Below are positions 1 through 9,656 of a stretch of 64,000 bases of DNA, piece after piece. A program made the translations under genes and the position numbers. Origin of the DNA: Cyanobacteria bacterium J06626_4 (GTDB lineage: Bacteria; Cyanobacteriota; Cyanobacteriia; Phormidesmidales; Phormidesmidaceae); the NCBI GenBank assembly GCA_038523235.1, contig JBCBJQ010000006.1, positions 1 through 64,000 on the forward strand, read 5' to 3'. The notes under the pieces are model-generated. The model was not told the origin of the DNA. It searched no databases and saw only the letters and a program-made list of their open reading frames with translations. Position 1 is the stretch's first letter, and each line of letters starts with the position of its first letter.

Positions 1-61
1 ATTAGACACAGCCCTGCAAGAACAATATTGGCGTAACCATGGTTACTGGGTGATTAATTAA
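1..61 (+). CDS. 3' end of an upstream gene (partial, product unknown)
   Basis: Open frame 2..61 reads LDTALQEQYWRNHGYWVIN* and is followed by a strong hairpin at 100-141. Confidence 0.4.
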   Translation, partial: LDTALQEQYWRNHGYWVIN

Positions 62-99
62 ACCTGCAGTATTTACGCCGGTAAACTCCAGTTGATTAA

Positions 100-141
100 G
101 GAGTCAGAAGGCAGAATTCAGTGCTCCTGCCTTCTGACTCC
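100..141. terminator. 15-bp inverted repeat, probable terminator or repeat-derived hairpin
   Basis: ggagtcagaaggcag-12 nt-ctgccttctgactcc, perfect stem. Confidence 0.55.
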
Positions 142-437
142 ACCGACATTTCCTGGTTGAAGTTGACACCTAAATCCCCTTAGTGATGCAGAAAACTTTG
201 GGCAGTGTTTCAGACATGTGGAAGGTGGTCATGCCGATAAAACCAGATAGTGTCAGAGAAGTCGGTAATATGCGCGATTCTTCTGATGCTAATGCAGAAA
301 ATCCGAACTGTGATGAATCTTGCTATGCCCTACATTCTCCAGTTCCTGAAGACTGATTTTCAGAGAGTTTTGCAATCACTCATAAAACACAAGCTTATTG
401 GCGCTATTTAGCGTTTTCTTTGACTGGAGCTCTATCC

Positions 438-1724
438 ATGAAAAAAGTAGGATTAATCGTCCTTACATTGGGCGTTGCGATCGCGGTGCTGGCATTCGGA
501 TTACAGAGTCCGATGGCCCAGCAGGGTCACGAAAGCGTGACTCAAGAGGTTGCCCAAGACAGGCCAGAAGGTGGCCCACCCGAAGGCGGTGCACCCGGAG
601 GCAGGCCGGGTGGCGGTCGGCCAGAAGGTGACGTAGGGGAACCCATTGCAGCCACTGAGGCCGATACATCGGGCGCCCTGTGCGATGCCAGCACCAACGT
701 GCTGAACGAGCAATTGGGTCTGCAAAGTGAGGCCCAGTGGTCTTGTGCTGATGGGCAGCGGCAGCTAGTTGCCAACGGGGTCCCGAATCATCAAACGGGT
801 GAACAGTTCGTGGGGGAGCGTAACCCCATTACGACCCAAGAGGTTAATGCCGCGATGCCGCTGAATCCGGTTGCGCGTACGGGCACTGGTCAGCGGGTTA
901 TAAACCCGGCCTATGCGCTGAACGGGGTGAAGTTTAATCCTGGGACGGGTGGGCGGTGTGCCTCCGGTATCACCGATGTGTCTGAGTGCAGTTTGAGGCC
1001 CGGTAGCACTGGGGAGTGGACAATGGAAGCGCTCGGCCAATCAACCTTTGACTTTGGTGAAGATGCCAATCACGCCCATGTGCAGCGGGGTGGGGTCTAT
1101 CACTATCACGGTATGCCCGAAGGCATGCTGTCAGAACAGAACTTGGCAGGCGAATTGATGCAGCCCATTGGTTGGGCGGTAGATGGGTTTCCGCTCTATG
1201 CCCGGTATGGCTACAGCGATCCCGTACCTAGCACCAGTGCCTTGCAGGCGATGGCACCGAGCTATCAATTGAAAGCCACGCCGGATCCGGATCGTCCCAG
1301 TGTCGACCTCATACCGATGGGTACTTTTTCCCAAGACTATGAATATGTTGAAGGTTCTGGTGACCTTGACGAATGTAATGGCCGGTTTGCGGTGACGCCG
1401 GAATTCCCGCAAGGCATTTATCACTACTACGTGACCGACGCTTACCCCTTCGTGCAGCGCTGCGTGAAGGGAACGCCCGATCCGTCGGCACGGCGTGGCC
1501 CACCAGAGGATGGTGGACTGCCCGAGGATGGTGGGTCACCTCAAGGGAATACGCCACCCGATTTTTCTAAGGCAGCAGCGCAGCTTGGCGTCTCTGAAGC
1601 GGCGCTCAGTCAGGCCATCCAAGCAGCGGGGGGACGCCAAGCCGATCTCGCTGAAGTGGCCAGGGAGTTAGGCATTGACGAAACTAATTTGCGGGAGGCG
1701 CTGCCACCGAGACCCAACCGATAG
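438..1724 (+). CDS. Exported YHYH-domain protein with Gly/Pro-rich linkers and two C-terminal helical repeats
   Basis: Signal peptide MKKVGLIVL...; motifs NGVPNH, ALNGV, AHVQRGGVYHYHG, IGWAVDGFPLY, GDLDECNG, YHYY; ATG 438 preferred over TTG 420. Confidence 0.85.
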   Translation: MKKVGLIVLTLGVAIAVLAFGLQSPMAQQGHESVTQEVAQDRPEGGPPEGGAPGGRPGGGRPEGDVGEPIAATEADTSGALCDASTNVLNEQLGLQSEAQWSCADGQRQLVANGVPNHQTGEQFVGERNPITTQEVNAAMPLNPVARTGTGQRVINPAYALNGVKFNPGTGGRCASGITDVSECSLRPGSTGEWTMEALGQSTFDFGEDANHAHVQRGGVYHYHGMPEGMLSEQNLAGELMQPIGWAVDGFPLYARYGYSDPVPSTSALQAMAPSYQLKATPDPDRPSVDLIPMGTFSQDYEYVEGSGDLDECNGRFAVTPEFPQGIYHYYVTDAYPFVQRCVKGTPDPSARRGPPEDGGLPEDGGSPQGNTPPDFSKAAAQLGVSEAALSQAIQAAGGRQADLAEVARELGIDETNLREALPPRPNR

Positions 1725-1867
1725 AGGGGGAGACGACTCGGACAGATTGATGATGCCAACACGACACAACACACAAATAGACAGGGTTTTATGTGCGGCC
1801 CAAGTAGAGAAGTGGGGGTCGTTTACCTGACTTATGCCTATATGAATGTCCTGTTTCAACGAGTACT

Positions 1868-2914
1868 ATGACACAACTTTCTAGTTCTATTGACGTTCCT
1901 CAACTCACCGGACTTAAGGTAAAGCCTCACCCCCATCACGGCGATTTCACCCACACCCACGGGGTCATCGATCCGGAAATCGCGAGTTCTGCCCTCGGCA
2001 TCTGGGCGGTGAAATGGTCTTTGGTCGGCTTGCTACTCACGGCCATTGTCCAGGCGGGGATATTTTGGCTTTCGGGGAGTGTGGCTCTCTTGGCCGATGT
2101 GATTCACAACATCGGGGATGCCATGACTGCCCTGCCTTTGGGGGTGGCGTTCCTCGTCTCTCGCCGCCAGCCAACACCCAGGTTTTCCTATGGCTTTGCT
2201 CGGTTGGAAGACTTGGCAGGGGTAATCATTGTGGCAATTATCTTGTTGAGCGCCATCATTACTGCCTATGAGTCGGTAGAGCGCTTTTACCATCCTCAGC
2301 CCCTGTATCATTTGGGAGCCTTAGCGATCGCTGGCGGCGTCGGCTTCATCGGTAACGAAATTGTGGCCGTTTTCCGCGTGCGGGTCGGGCGGCAAATCAA
2401 TAGTGCGGCCCTGATCGCTGATGGCTACCACGCGATGGCCGATGGTTTGGTCAGTCTGGCGGTGGTGCTCAGTGCCGTGGGGGTGAGTTTGGGCTATGCC
2501 TGGGCTGATCCGGTGATTGGGTTGGCGATCGCCGCCGTATTGCTCAAAATTGTTTGGGAGTTGGGACAGACGATTCTGAGTCGCTTGCTCGATGGCGTGG
2601 AACCAGAGGTCCTCGACGCGCTCCACCATGCCATCAGTCATGTGCCTGAACTTGAAACTGACATTGAAGCTGAAGCGTTCGCGGAGCGTGGCGTGAGCCG
2701 TATCGCAAATCTGCGGACTCGCTGGCTCGGGCATCGACTCCAGGTGGAGATGGACATGCTGCTACCGCCTCACCTTTCCCTCCAGGAAACTCAAGCGATT
2801 ACGAATACCGTAGAAAAGCAACTGAAAGCCCAGGTGCCTTATCTCGGTTTAACACTGGTTAGAGCCGTACCTAGCACTGGAGAAGAGAGCGGTGAGCAAG
2901 TAGAGGAAAACTAA
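1868..2914 (+). CDS. Cation diffusion facilitator (CDF) family metal transporter
   Basis: His-rich N-terminus HPHHGDFTHTHG; SGSVALLADVIHN; FSYGFARLEDLAG; ALIADGYHAMAD; about 6 TM helices plus C-terminal dimerisation domain. Confidence 0.92.
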   Translation: MTQLSSSIDVPQLTGLKVKPHPHHGDFTHTHGVIDPEIASSALGIWAVKWSLVGLLLTAIVQAGIFWLSGSVALLADVIHNIGDAMTALPLGVAFLVSRRQPTPRFSYGFARLEDLAGVIIVAIILLSAIITAYESVERFYHPQPLYHLGALAIAGGVGFIGNEIVAVFRVRVGRQINSAALIADGYHAMADGLVSLAVVLSAVGVSLGYAWADPVIGLAIAAVLLKIVWELGQTILSRLLDGVEPEVLDALHHAISHVPELETDIEAEAFAERGVSRIANLRTRWLGHRLQVEMDMLLPPHLSLQETQAITNTVEKQLKAQVPYLGLTLVRAVPSTGEESGEQVEEN

Positions 2915-3091
2915 GTGATCGCATCAAAGCTCGGATCACTTTGATGTATCAGCAGATTTATTTGCTCACCCAATTCGATGGTGGGGCTGGCTTGCGGTTT
3001 GGTGAGAGCGGCACCAGACTCTACGGACTGATTTCGCTGTGGCTCAGCAGGTTTTCGCTGTGCCCCAACATGTTTAAGAAGGAAATTGATC

Positions 3092-4219
3092 ATGCCAGTG
3101 CAACATAATAAACAGATCAGTCGGGTTTTGCGGGCAGCCAAGCTGACGATCTCCATGGTGCTTATGATCTGGGGCTGCTCTAATTTGGGACAAAGTTCGC
3201 CAATCGATTTAGCACAGGGTTTGCCAACTGATTTGGGGCAAAGTTCACCAATCGATTTAGCACAGAGTTTGCCAGCCGCAGCAGATTGCGCCACCTATAA
3301 AGCAGCTGTTGAGTCACACCTCGATTCTGAGGCCGCTAATTGTACGGCTGATTTCCTTGAAGTCACTGCGACCGGTCTGCCTGATTTGGCGTCTGGCAGT
3401 CGCGAAGATGCCCCCATGGTTGGCATTCTGTCTTGGATCCAAAGAGTGGCGGTTCCCTACGATTATCAGTGGCGAATTCCTCTTTCTCCTTCTTGGCTAG
3501 CTGCACCCGTGGAAGCCAGCGCCCGTGGCCCCATCGCGGTGGCGGTTGATGGTGTGCCCATTTTTCATTACGAGCGCCGTCCCGATGTTCCAACTTCGCT
3601 AGAGAACTACGAACAGCGTAATGACACTGTCGTTCAGGGCGAATTAGACCAGTGTGGCGGCCATGCCGGGCAAGGCGAAGACTATCACTACCATTACGCA
3701 CCAGTTTGTTTGATGGATGAACATAATCCTGAACTCCCGATCGCCTTTGGCCTGGACGGCACTCCCGTCTACTTCGGTGAAGGGGGGGATGACTATTATG
3801 GCCGGGGTCGATACAGCGACCTGAGTTACCTACCGGATGCAGCCCTAGATGCTTGCAACGCGCTCCAGTTGCCAGACGGTAGTTTTGTGCATTTCACCAC
3901 CAAAACCCCGCCTTATATTGTCGGTTGCCATCACGGGTCTTTCAACTCTGAGCTGCAAATAGAACCGGGTCCCTTCGATGCCCTGGCGCAGCGCACCCCC
4001 AGCCCGTTTGGCGGCAGCTATGGCGAGCCAGTCTCAACGCTGATCACAGAGTTTGAAGAAACCGCCGATCGCGAGTATCGGCTGGCTTTTGAGTCTTTAA
4101 CCACGCCGGGAGCAACCAGCGCGGTTGTGTATCGCCAGTCTTCAGCAGCTTGTTGGGAGTTTGAGTACCAGCTTGTTGCCGGTGAAGCCGGGCAGACGAC
4201 CGAAGCCTGCCGACAGTAG
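3092..4219 (+). CDS. YHYH-domain lipoprotein
   Basis: Lipobox-like IWGC; GPIAVAVDGVPIF, ELDQCGGH, DYHYHY, FGLDG; start uncertain (3086 or 3092). Confidence 0.8.
   Translation: MPVQHNKQISRVLRAAKLTISMVLMIWGCSNLGQSSPIDLAQGLPTDLGQSSPIDLAQSLPAAADCATYKAAVESHLDSEAANCTADFLEVTATGLPDLASGSREDAPMVGILSWIQRVAVPYDYQWRIPLSPSWLAAPVEASARGPIAVAVDGVPIFHYERRPDVPTSLENYEQRNDTVVQGELDQCGGHAGQGEDYHYHYAPVCLMDEHNPELPIAFGLDGTPVYFGEGGDDYYGRGRYSDLSYLPDAALDACNALQLPDGSFVHFTTKTPPYIVGCHHGSFNSELQIEPGPFDALAQRTPSPFGGSYGEPVSTLITEFEETADREYRLAFESLTTPGATSAVVYRQSSAACWEFEYQLVAGEAGQTTEACRQ
3183..3278 (+). repeat. In-frame tandem repeat, 2 x 48 bp (4 x degenerate 24 bp)
   Basis: atttgggacaaagttcgccaatcg/atttagcacagggtttgccaactg/atttggggcaaagttcaccaatcg/atttagcacagagtttgccagccg. 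Confidence 0.9.
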
Positions 4220-4352
4220 CCTCGGATGCATGGCCATATGCTTCTGCCAGGAGCATATCTGTAGCGCGATTTGAGAACTTTTGCTGGCAAGAGATTCTAG
4301 TCTAAACGCATATGGCCAAAAACTATTTGACGCTATCATTGACGAATTTTTG

Positions 4353-5003
4353 TTAGCTTAAACCGTTCTCTACCGCGTATATAGCGGCCTGGGTTCGATC
4401 GCGCAGATCTAGCCGCATCAAAATATTAGAAACATGATTTTTGACCGTGCCCTCACTCACGTATAGGGCCTGGGCAATGCCTTTATTCGTCGTCCCTTTG
4501 GCGAGCAGTTTTAGCACCTCCAGTTCTCTCGCGGTTAGGGGCGTCTCAATGGGTGGTTTGGTGACCGATGCTTGATTGCTTTTAAGCGCGCCGATGAGTT
4601 TACCTGCCACCTCAGGTGCTAGTTGATAAACCCCGGCATGGGCCAGCTTGATGGCTTGAATCAGGTCTTGCGGCGGAATGTCTTTCATCAAGTAGCCACA
4701 GGCCCCAGCTAGCAGCGACTGCACAATAAACTCTTCATCATCAAAGGTGGTGAGCATGATGATTTGGCAGGTGGGTAGCGCCTGTCTGATCTGGGCCGTG
4801 GCTTCGACGCCACTCATTTCCGGCATGCGCACGTCCATGAGAATGATGTGCGGTTTTAACTTGAGGGCTTGGGCGATCGCCTCCTGACCGTTACCGGCTA
4901 TCCCGACGACCTCAACCGCCGCTTCGAGTTCTAACAAAGAGGCAATGCCTTCGCGAATCAGGTATTGATCATCGACCAGCAAAATGCGGATTTTGACCGT
5001 CAT
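4353..5003 (-). CDS. NarL/LuxR family response regulator
   Basis: REC domain (ILLVDDQ, ILMDVRMP, LTTFDD, GYLMK) plus LuxR HTH (LTARELEVLKLLAKG...SEGTVKNHVSNIL). Confidence 0.95.
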   Translation of the reverse strand: MTVKIRILLVDDQYLIREGIASLLELEAAVEVVGIAGNGQEAIAQALKLKPHIILMDVRMPEMSGVEATAQIRQALPTCQIIMLTTFDDEEFIVQSLLAGACGYLMKDIPPQDLIQAIKLAHAGVYQLAPEVAGKLIGALKSNQASVTKPPIETPLTARELEVLKLLAKGTTNKGIAQALYVSEGTVKNHVSNILMRLDLRDRTQAAIYAVENGLS

Positions 5004-6343
5004 GCCATGGACTCCGAATTCAAACGAGCCAGCAGGTGGGCCTGAGCCTGGGCCTGAGGAATTCTAACCGTCAGTTGGGTGCCTTGGGGCTGACTGCAGA
5101 TGTCAAGGGTGCCCCCGACTAAACTGAGTCGTTCTTGTAAACCGAGTAATCCATGGGTGGTTTGTTCATGGCTCCGCGACTTCCAGGCGGCGACATCAAA
5201 TCCCAAGCCATTGTCGATGAGGTCTAGCGTGGCAACTTGAGCCCCAAAATCGATCGAGATCGTCACTTGGCTGGCCCCGGCATGCTTATGCACATTGGTC
5301 AGCCCCTCTTGAATCACCCGATACAAGGTCATCAGCTTTAGTCGGCTATAGGGTGAGCAATCGCCAGTCTGCGTCAGCTTGAGTTCCAGCCCACTATGAC
5401 GCATGCGTCGCAGCAAATCGTTCAGGGCTTCTGAAAATAGGAAAGGCTCACTATCTTGACGCAGACTGCTCACCGACTCCCGCACATCTTTTAAGGCCGC
5501 TTGCACAGTGCGTTTCGCATGGTCTACCGCTTCATAGGCGCGGCTGGGGTCGCGTTTTCTGTAGGCGTTGGCTTTTTCGAGCTGAATATTAATCGCCGCC
5601 AGATGATGGCCCAGACTATCGTGAATGTCACGCGCCAAGCGATTGCGTTCTTCGGTGGCCGCTAAATCAGCTACCTGCGCGGCATAGTGTTGCAGTTGGG
5701 TGTGGGAGGCTTCGAGGGAGGTCAATAAACCCGCCAACTTTTGCTGAGCTTGAGTCGCTTGGGACATCGCGCGGGCTAATAGCAGCGTAAAAAATAGGGC
5801 GATGAGTGAGCCCATGCTTTCATCAATCAGTCGGCTCAATGGCGGCGGTCGCCTCGGCGGTCTGCCATCCACTGCTGGGGGCGGCAAGAGCGACCCTCCC
5901 AGGTCACTAAAGTCAGAGGATTTGAGTCCTAAAAGAGTAACGACTGCCAGAATCGCGACGAAATAGCTCAAGCGTTTATCAACGGCTAAGTGGCTATACA
6001 AAAGAATGGGTAAAAACAGGATCTGTGAGTAGGTCAGATCAGTGACTAAACAAGCGCCGACAAACAAAAATATGCGAATAAAAAGGGGAATTAGCTGGCC
6101 TCGCTTGGCCTGATTTGCCGGGGCAAAATCAACCTGTCCCACGGCCTGGAGTTCCAGCCCGATGAGCGCCAACACCATCACCACAAAAAATAAGAACCGA
6201 TATTGCTCGGGGGCGCTCACCAGCGATCGCGGCCCCAGACCGTCATAGAACCAATCGACGAAACCGGCCAACAGCACGGCGGTGTAAACCGCTAGAGCAA
6301 TCAAGCGGTAACGCTGATAAAGCAGGTTCAGTGCCTGAGCCAT
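5000..6343 (-). CDS. Membrane sensor histidine kinase (HisKA_3, DesK/NarX-like)
   Basis: ERNRLARDIHDSLGH H-box; QEGLTNVHKHA; DNGLGFD; GLLGLQER; N-terminal TM helices; 4-bp overlap with the regulator. Confidence 0.95.
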   Translation of the reverse strand: MAQALNLLYQRYRLIALAVYTAVLLAGFVDWFYDGLGPRSLVSAPEQYRFLFFVVMVLALIGLELQAVGQVDFAPANQAKRGQLIPLFIRIFLFVGACLVTDLTYSQILFLPILLYSHLAVDKRLSYFVAILAVVTLLGLKSSDFSDLGGSLLPPPAVDGRPPRRPPPLSRLIDESMGSLIALFFTLLLARAMSQATQAQQKLAGLLTSLEASHTQLQHYAAQVADLAATEERNRLARDIHDSLGHHLAAINIQLEKANAYRKRDPSRAYEAVDHAKRTVQAALKDVRESVSSLRQDSEPFLFSEALNDLLRRMRHSGLELKLTQTGDCSPYSRLKLMTLYRVIQEGLTNVHKHAGASQVTISIDFGAQVATLDLIDNGLGFDVAAWKSRSHEQTTHGLLGLQERLSLVGGTLDICSQPQGTQLTVRIPQAQAQAHLLARLNSESMA

Positions 6344-6525
6344 GGGGAAAAACCTGGGTGTGAGGTTAACCCTATCAAAAAGAACAGCAGCATCTCAGGT
6401 TTGTGCTGAGGCTTAGCCAGATGACCCATGACGTTTGGCCATCTCGATTTAACTATTTGGCACATGCTCAGACCCAGCCGCTGGTTTTATTCTCAAACCA
6501 CTTGATAGCTCAGGCGGCTGGTCCG

Positions 6526-6864
6526 ATGAGAAATTGCTTTTCTGCCATTCACTTATCAAAGCTTGAAAGTTGCTTAGGACTGCTGATTTTACTTTCACTG
6601 GCGGCCTGTACGTATGCCTCATCCCCCGGTGATGTGGTGAGCATCGTCGTGAGTGTCGAAGATTTCAGCACTGGCAGGGTTAGCGATGGTGAGGTGATTG
6701 ATCTGACGGGAGTGACCCTGACGAGCTGGAGCCGCAACTGCGCGGATTATGTCGCGACCTACAGCGCCGCAGCGCTAGAGCTCCCCAGCAATACTGTTTT
6801 CATCGATTCACTGACGATCAGCGTTGAGAATGACCGCGGTGGGGGTAGATGCGATTTGCGGTAA
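6526..6864 (+). pseudogene. Short lipoprotein, probably a truncated YHYH-type gene (N-terminal part only)
   Basis: Lipobox LLILLSLAAC; DLTGVTLTSWSRNCADYVATYSA...LTISVE resembles (from recall) the region preceding YHYH domains; ORF stops before any YHYH motif. Confidence 0.45.
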
Positions 6865-6893
6865 AGCTTGTCCCTCATTGAAAGAGTCGTTTC

Positions 6894-8360
6894 ATGGATA
6901 TGAATGCTATGAATTTGCGATCGCCCCAAAAAACATCAGAGACGGTTTCCCCATCACCGATCAAAATTGCTTTCAAGCAGCGTCAGAAACATCAACTCGC
7001 ACAAGGTGTCGCGGGCCTCTGCCTTTGCGGTCTCCTGACGGGCGGTAGCTATCTGCTCTATCGGCAGTTTGTGCTGTTGCCCCAGCAGCAAGCACAAGCC
7101 CAAACGCAGACAGTTGAGGTCGAAACCGCCACGCTACCCATTACTGTGGCGGCCAACGGCACGGTCGAAGCAGAGCAACTGACCAACGTCAGCCCTAAAA
7201 CGTCAGAGCGTTTGGAGCAAGTAACCGTGGTCGAGGGCGATGCGGTTGAATCAGGTCAAGCGTTGGCTTACATGGATGATTCCGATTTGCAGGGGCAGCT
7301 GATTCAGGCGGAAGGGCAGCTTGCCTCCGCCCGCGCTAATCTGGCCATGCTCGTGGCGGGTAATCGTCCCCAAGAGATTGCCCAAGCTGAGGCTAACCTG
7401 GCCAGTGCCGAAGCCAACTTAAGCCAGGCGGAAGAAGACCTGCGCCGCTATCAAGTTCTCTACGATCAGGGGGCGGTCTCGGCCCAAGAAACAACGAGCT
7501 ATCGCACCGCTCGGGATACGGCACAGGCCCAGGTAAAAAGCGCCCAGCAGGCGCTCAATCTCAGTCAGTCTGGTAGTCGTCAGGAAGAAATTGCCCAGGC
7601 CGAAGCCGCCGTGATGGAGGCAGAAGGGGCGTTGACCACGATCGCCACGCAGATTGATGACTCGGTGATTCGGGCTCCTTTTAGCGGCATTGTGACGGCC
7701 CGCTATGCTGACCCCGGCGATTTTGTCTCGCCTTCAACGGCGGCTAGCGAGACGTCGTCATCGTCTTCCTCCTCAATTCTCTCGTTAGCGTCCAATTATC
7801 AGATGGTCGCTGATGTAGCCGAAACCGATATCGCTCAGATTCAGGTGGGGCAAACGGCTAGCATCACCGCCGATGCTTACCCCGATCGCCAGTTTGCAGG
7901 CACTGTCGCCCAGGTTGCCGAACAGGCTACCGTCACCTCCAACGTGACCAGTTTTGAGGTCCGGGTCAATCTTCCCGAAGCCGTCCAGTCACAGCTGCGG
8001 CCAGGGATGAATGTCGATGTGGAATTTCAAGCAGGTGAACTGAGTAATGTGCTCATGGTGCCCACCGTCGCCATTGTGCGGGAGGAGCAAGGGGAAGGGG
8101 TTTTGATCATGGGCAGTGATGGCACCCTGCAATTTCGCCCCATCGAGACGGGGTTAACGGTGGACGATCGCACCGAGGTAATCACCGGACTCGAGGGTAA
8201 TGAACAGGTGGTGTTGAGTGCGGCTCAAGGGTTGCCCGAGAACCGCCGGAATGTCGGTGAGGGTCGCCCGTCGGGTATCGGCGGTGGTCCGGGTGGTGGC
8301 GGTCCGGGTGGCGGTGGTTCAGGTGGAAGCGATGGTGGAGGCGGTGCCAATGGGGGCTGA
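6894..8360 (+). CDS. Efflux periplasmic adaptor subunit (HlyD/MacA-like membrane fusion protein)
   Basis: One N-terminal TM, VSPK...VVEGDAV lipoyl half, long coiled coil, IRAPFSGIV, LRPGMNVDV, Gly-rich tail. Confidence 0.92.
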   Translation: MDMNAMNLRSPQKTSETVSPSPIKIAFKQRQKHQLAQGVAGLCLCGLLTGGSYLLYRQFVLLPQQQAQAQTQTVEVETATLPITVAANGTVEAEQLTNVSPKTSERLEQVTVVEGDAVESGQALAYMDDSDLQGQLIQAEGQLASARANLAMLVAGNRPQEIAQAEANLASAEANLSQAEEDLRRYQVLYDQGAVSAQETTSYRTARDTAQAQVKSAQQALNLSQSGSRQEEIAQAEAAVMEAEGALTTIATQIDDSVIRAPFSGIVTARYADPGDFVSPSTAASETSSSSSSSILSLASNYQMVADVAETDIAQIQVGQTASITADAYPDRQFAGTVAQVAEQATVTSNVTSFEVRVNLPEAVQSQLRPGMNVDVEFQAGELSNVLMVPTVAIVREEQGEGVLIMGSDGTLQFRPIETGLTVDDRTEVITGLEGNEQVVLSAAQGLPENRRNVGEGRPSGIGGGPGGGGPGGGGSGGSDGGGGANGG

Positions 8361-9648
8361 ATTACGCCCGCAGGCGAAACCCTTAGCAGGGAACCATGAG
8401 TTGCCCGCAATTTCTATCGTGGAAATTTTGGCAATGGCGATCGCGGCGCTGTGGAACAACAAACTCCGCACGGCCCTCACCATGTTGGGCGTCATCATTG
8501 GCATTACCGCCGTGATTGCCGTGACGTCGGTCGGGCAAGGCGTGCAATCGGCGACTGAAGCCAATTTGCAGAACTTAGGGGCCGATCTTTTGCAGATCAG
8601 AGCCGGGGCCGCGAGCAGCGGCAATGTCAGTCAAGGTCGCGGCAGTGCGACAACGCTAACCTGGAGCGATGCCCAAGCCATTGCGTCACAGGTCTCCGTC
8701 GCCGATACGGTAACGGCCTATTTGGAGCAAACGGCCCAGGTAGTTTATGACCAAAACAATACATCCACCACCGTTTTAGGGACGGATACCCATTACCCCA
8801 CGGTCAACAACATTCCGTTGGCCTCAGGCCGATTTTTTACTGAAGCAGAGCTTACCGAAGCACAGGCCGTGGCCGTGTTAGGCCCCACGGTGAGGGATGA
8901 TTTGTTCGGTTCGGGCGGTGAGGCGATCGGCGCCGATATTCGCATCCAAGGGCAGCGCTACAGCGTGCTCGGGGTGGCCAATGAAAAAGGGGCTCAAGGC
9001 CGCGAAAATCCAGATGAGCAGATCTACGTGCCCCTCACAAATATGTCCGCTCGATTGGTGGGGAATAACGCGTTGAGTGGCATCGCCGTTCAAGGGATTG
9101 CGGTGAAAGTGACTGAGCAGGCTCAGTTAGAGGCGGCTGATTTTCAGATTACGAATTTACTGCGTGTGCGCCACAATATCCATCCCGCTAAAGGCGATGA
9201 AGATGATTTTGAGATCGTTAGCGCGGCTGATCTGGTTGAGACGCTCACCAGCACGGTGGGACTTTTCACCATTATGGTGACGGCGATCGCCGCCATCTCC
9301 CTCATCGTCGGCGGCATTGGCATCGCCAACATCATGCTGGTGTCGGTGGTCGAGCGCACCCGCGAAATTGGCATCCGGAAGGCGGTCGGGGCAACCGACC
9401 ACGCGGTTTTGAGCCAGTTTTTGGCCGAAGCGATCGCTATTGCGGCGGCGGGGGGTGTCTTAGGCGTAGGACTCGGTGTGGTGATCGCTCGGATTGCCGC
9501 GACGCTATTCGACTTTCCCTTTGTGATTTCTCTCTGGGCGATCGCCCTGGGGGTAGGACTTTCTTTTGCCATTGGCATTGTCGCCGGGGTGATTCCGGCC
9601 CGCAGCGCTGCCAAATTAGACCCGATTATTGCGTTGAGAAGTGACTAG
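8350..9648 (+). CDS. ABC transporter permease, MacB/FtsX family
   Basis: NKLRTALTMLGVIIG; ISLIVGGIGIANIMLVSVVERTREIGIRKAVGA; AAKLDPIIALR; ATG 8350 preferred. Confidence 0.93.
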   Translation: MGAELRPQAKPLAGNHELPAISIVEILAMAIAALWNNKLRTALTMLGVIIGITAVIAVTSVGQGVQSATEANLQNLGADLLQIRAGAASSGNVSQGRGSATTLTWSDAQAIASQVSVADTVTAYLEQTAQVVYDQNNTSTTVLGTDTHYPTVNNIPLASGRFFTEAELTEAQAVAVLGPTVRDDLFGSGGEAIGADIRIQGQRYSVLGVANEKGAQGRENPDEQIYVPLTNMSARLVGNNALSGIAVQGIAVKVTEQAQLEAADFQITNLLRVRHNIHPAKGDEDDFEIVSAADLVETLTSTVGLFTIMVTAIAAISLIVGGIGIANIMLVSVVERTREIGIRKAVGATDHAVLSQFLAEAIAIAAAGGVLGVGLGVVIARIAATLFDFPFVISLWAIALGVGLSFAIGIVAGVIPARSAAKLDPIIALRSD

Positions 9649-9656
9649 CAGGTGTC

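Noticed and set aside
3183..3278. Possible CRISPR array
   Set aside because: Contiguous in-frame coding repeats with no unique spacers and no cas genes
2911..3294. 127-aa minus-strand ORF with CPKS/CAKS repeats
   Set aside because: The Cys repeats are simply the reverse reading of the 24-bp repeat in YHYH-2
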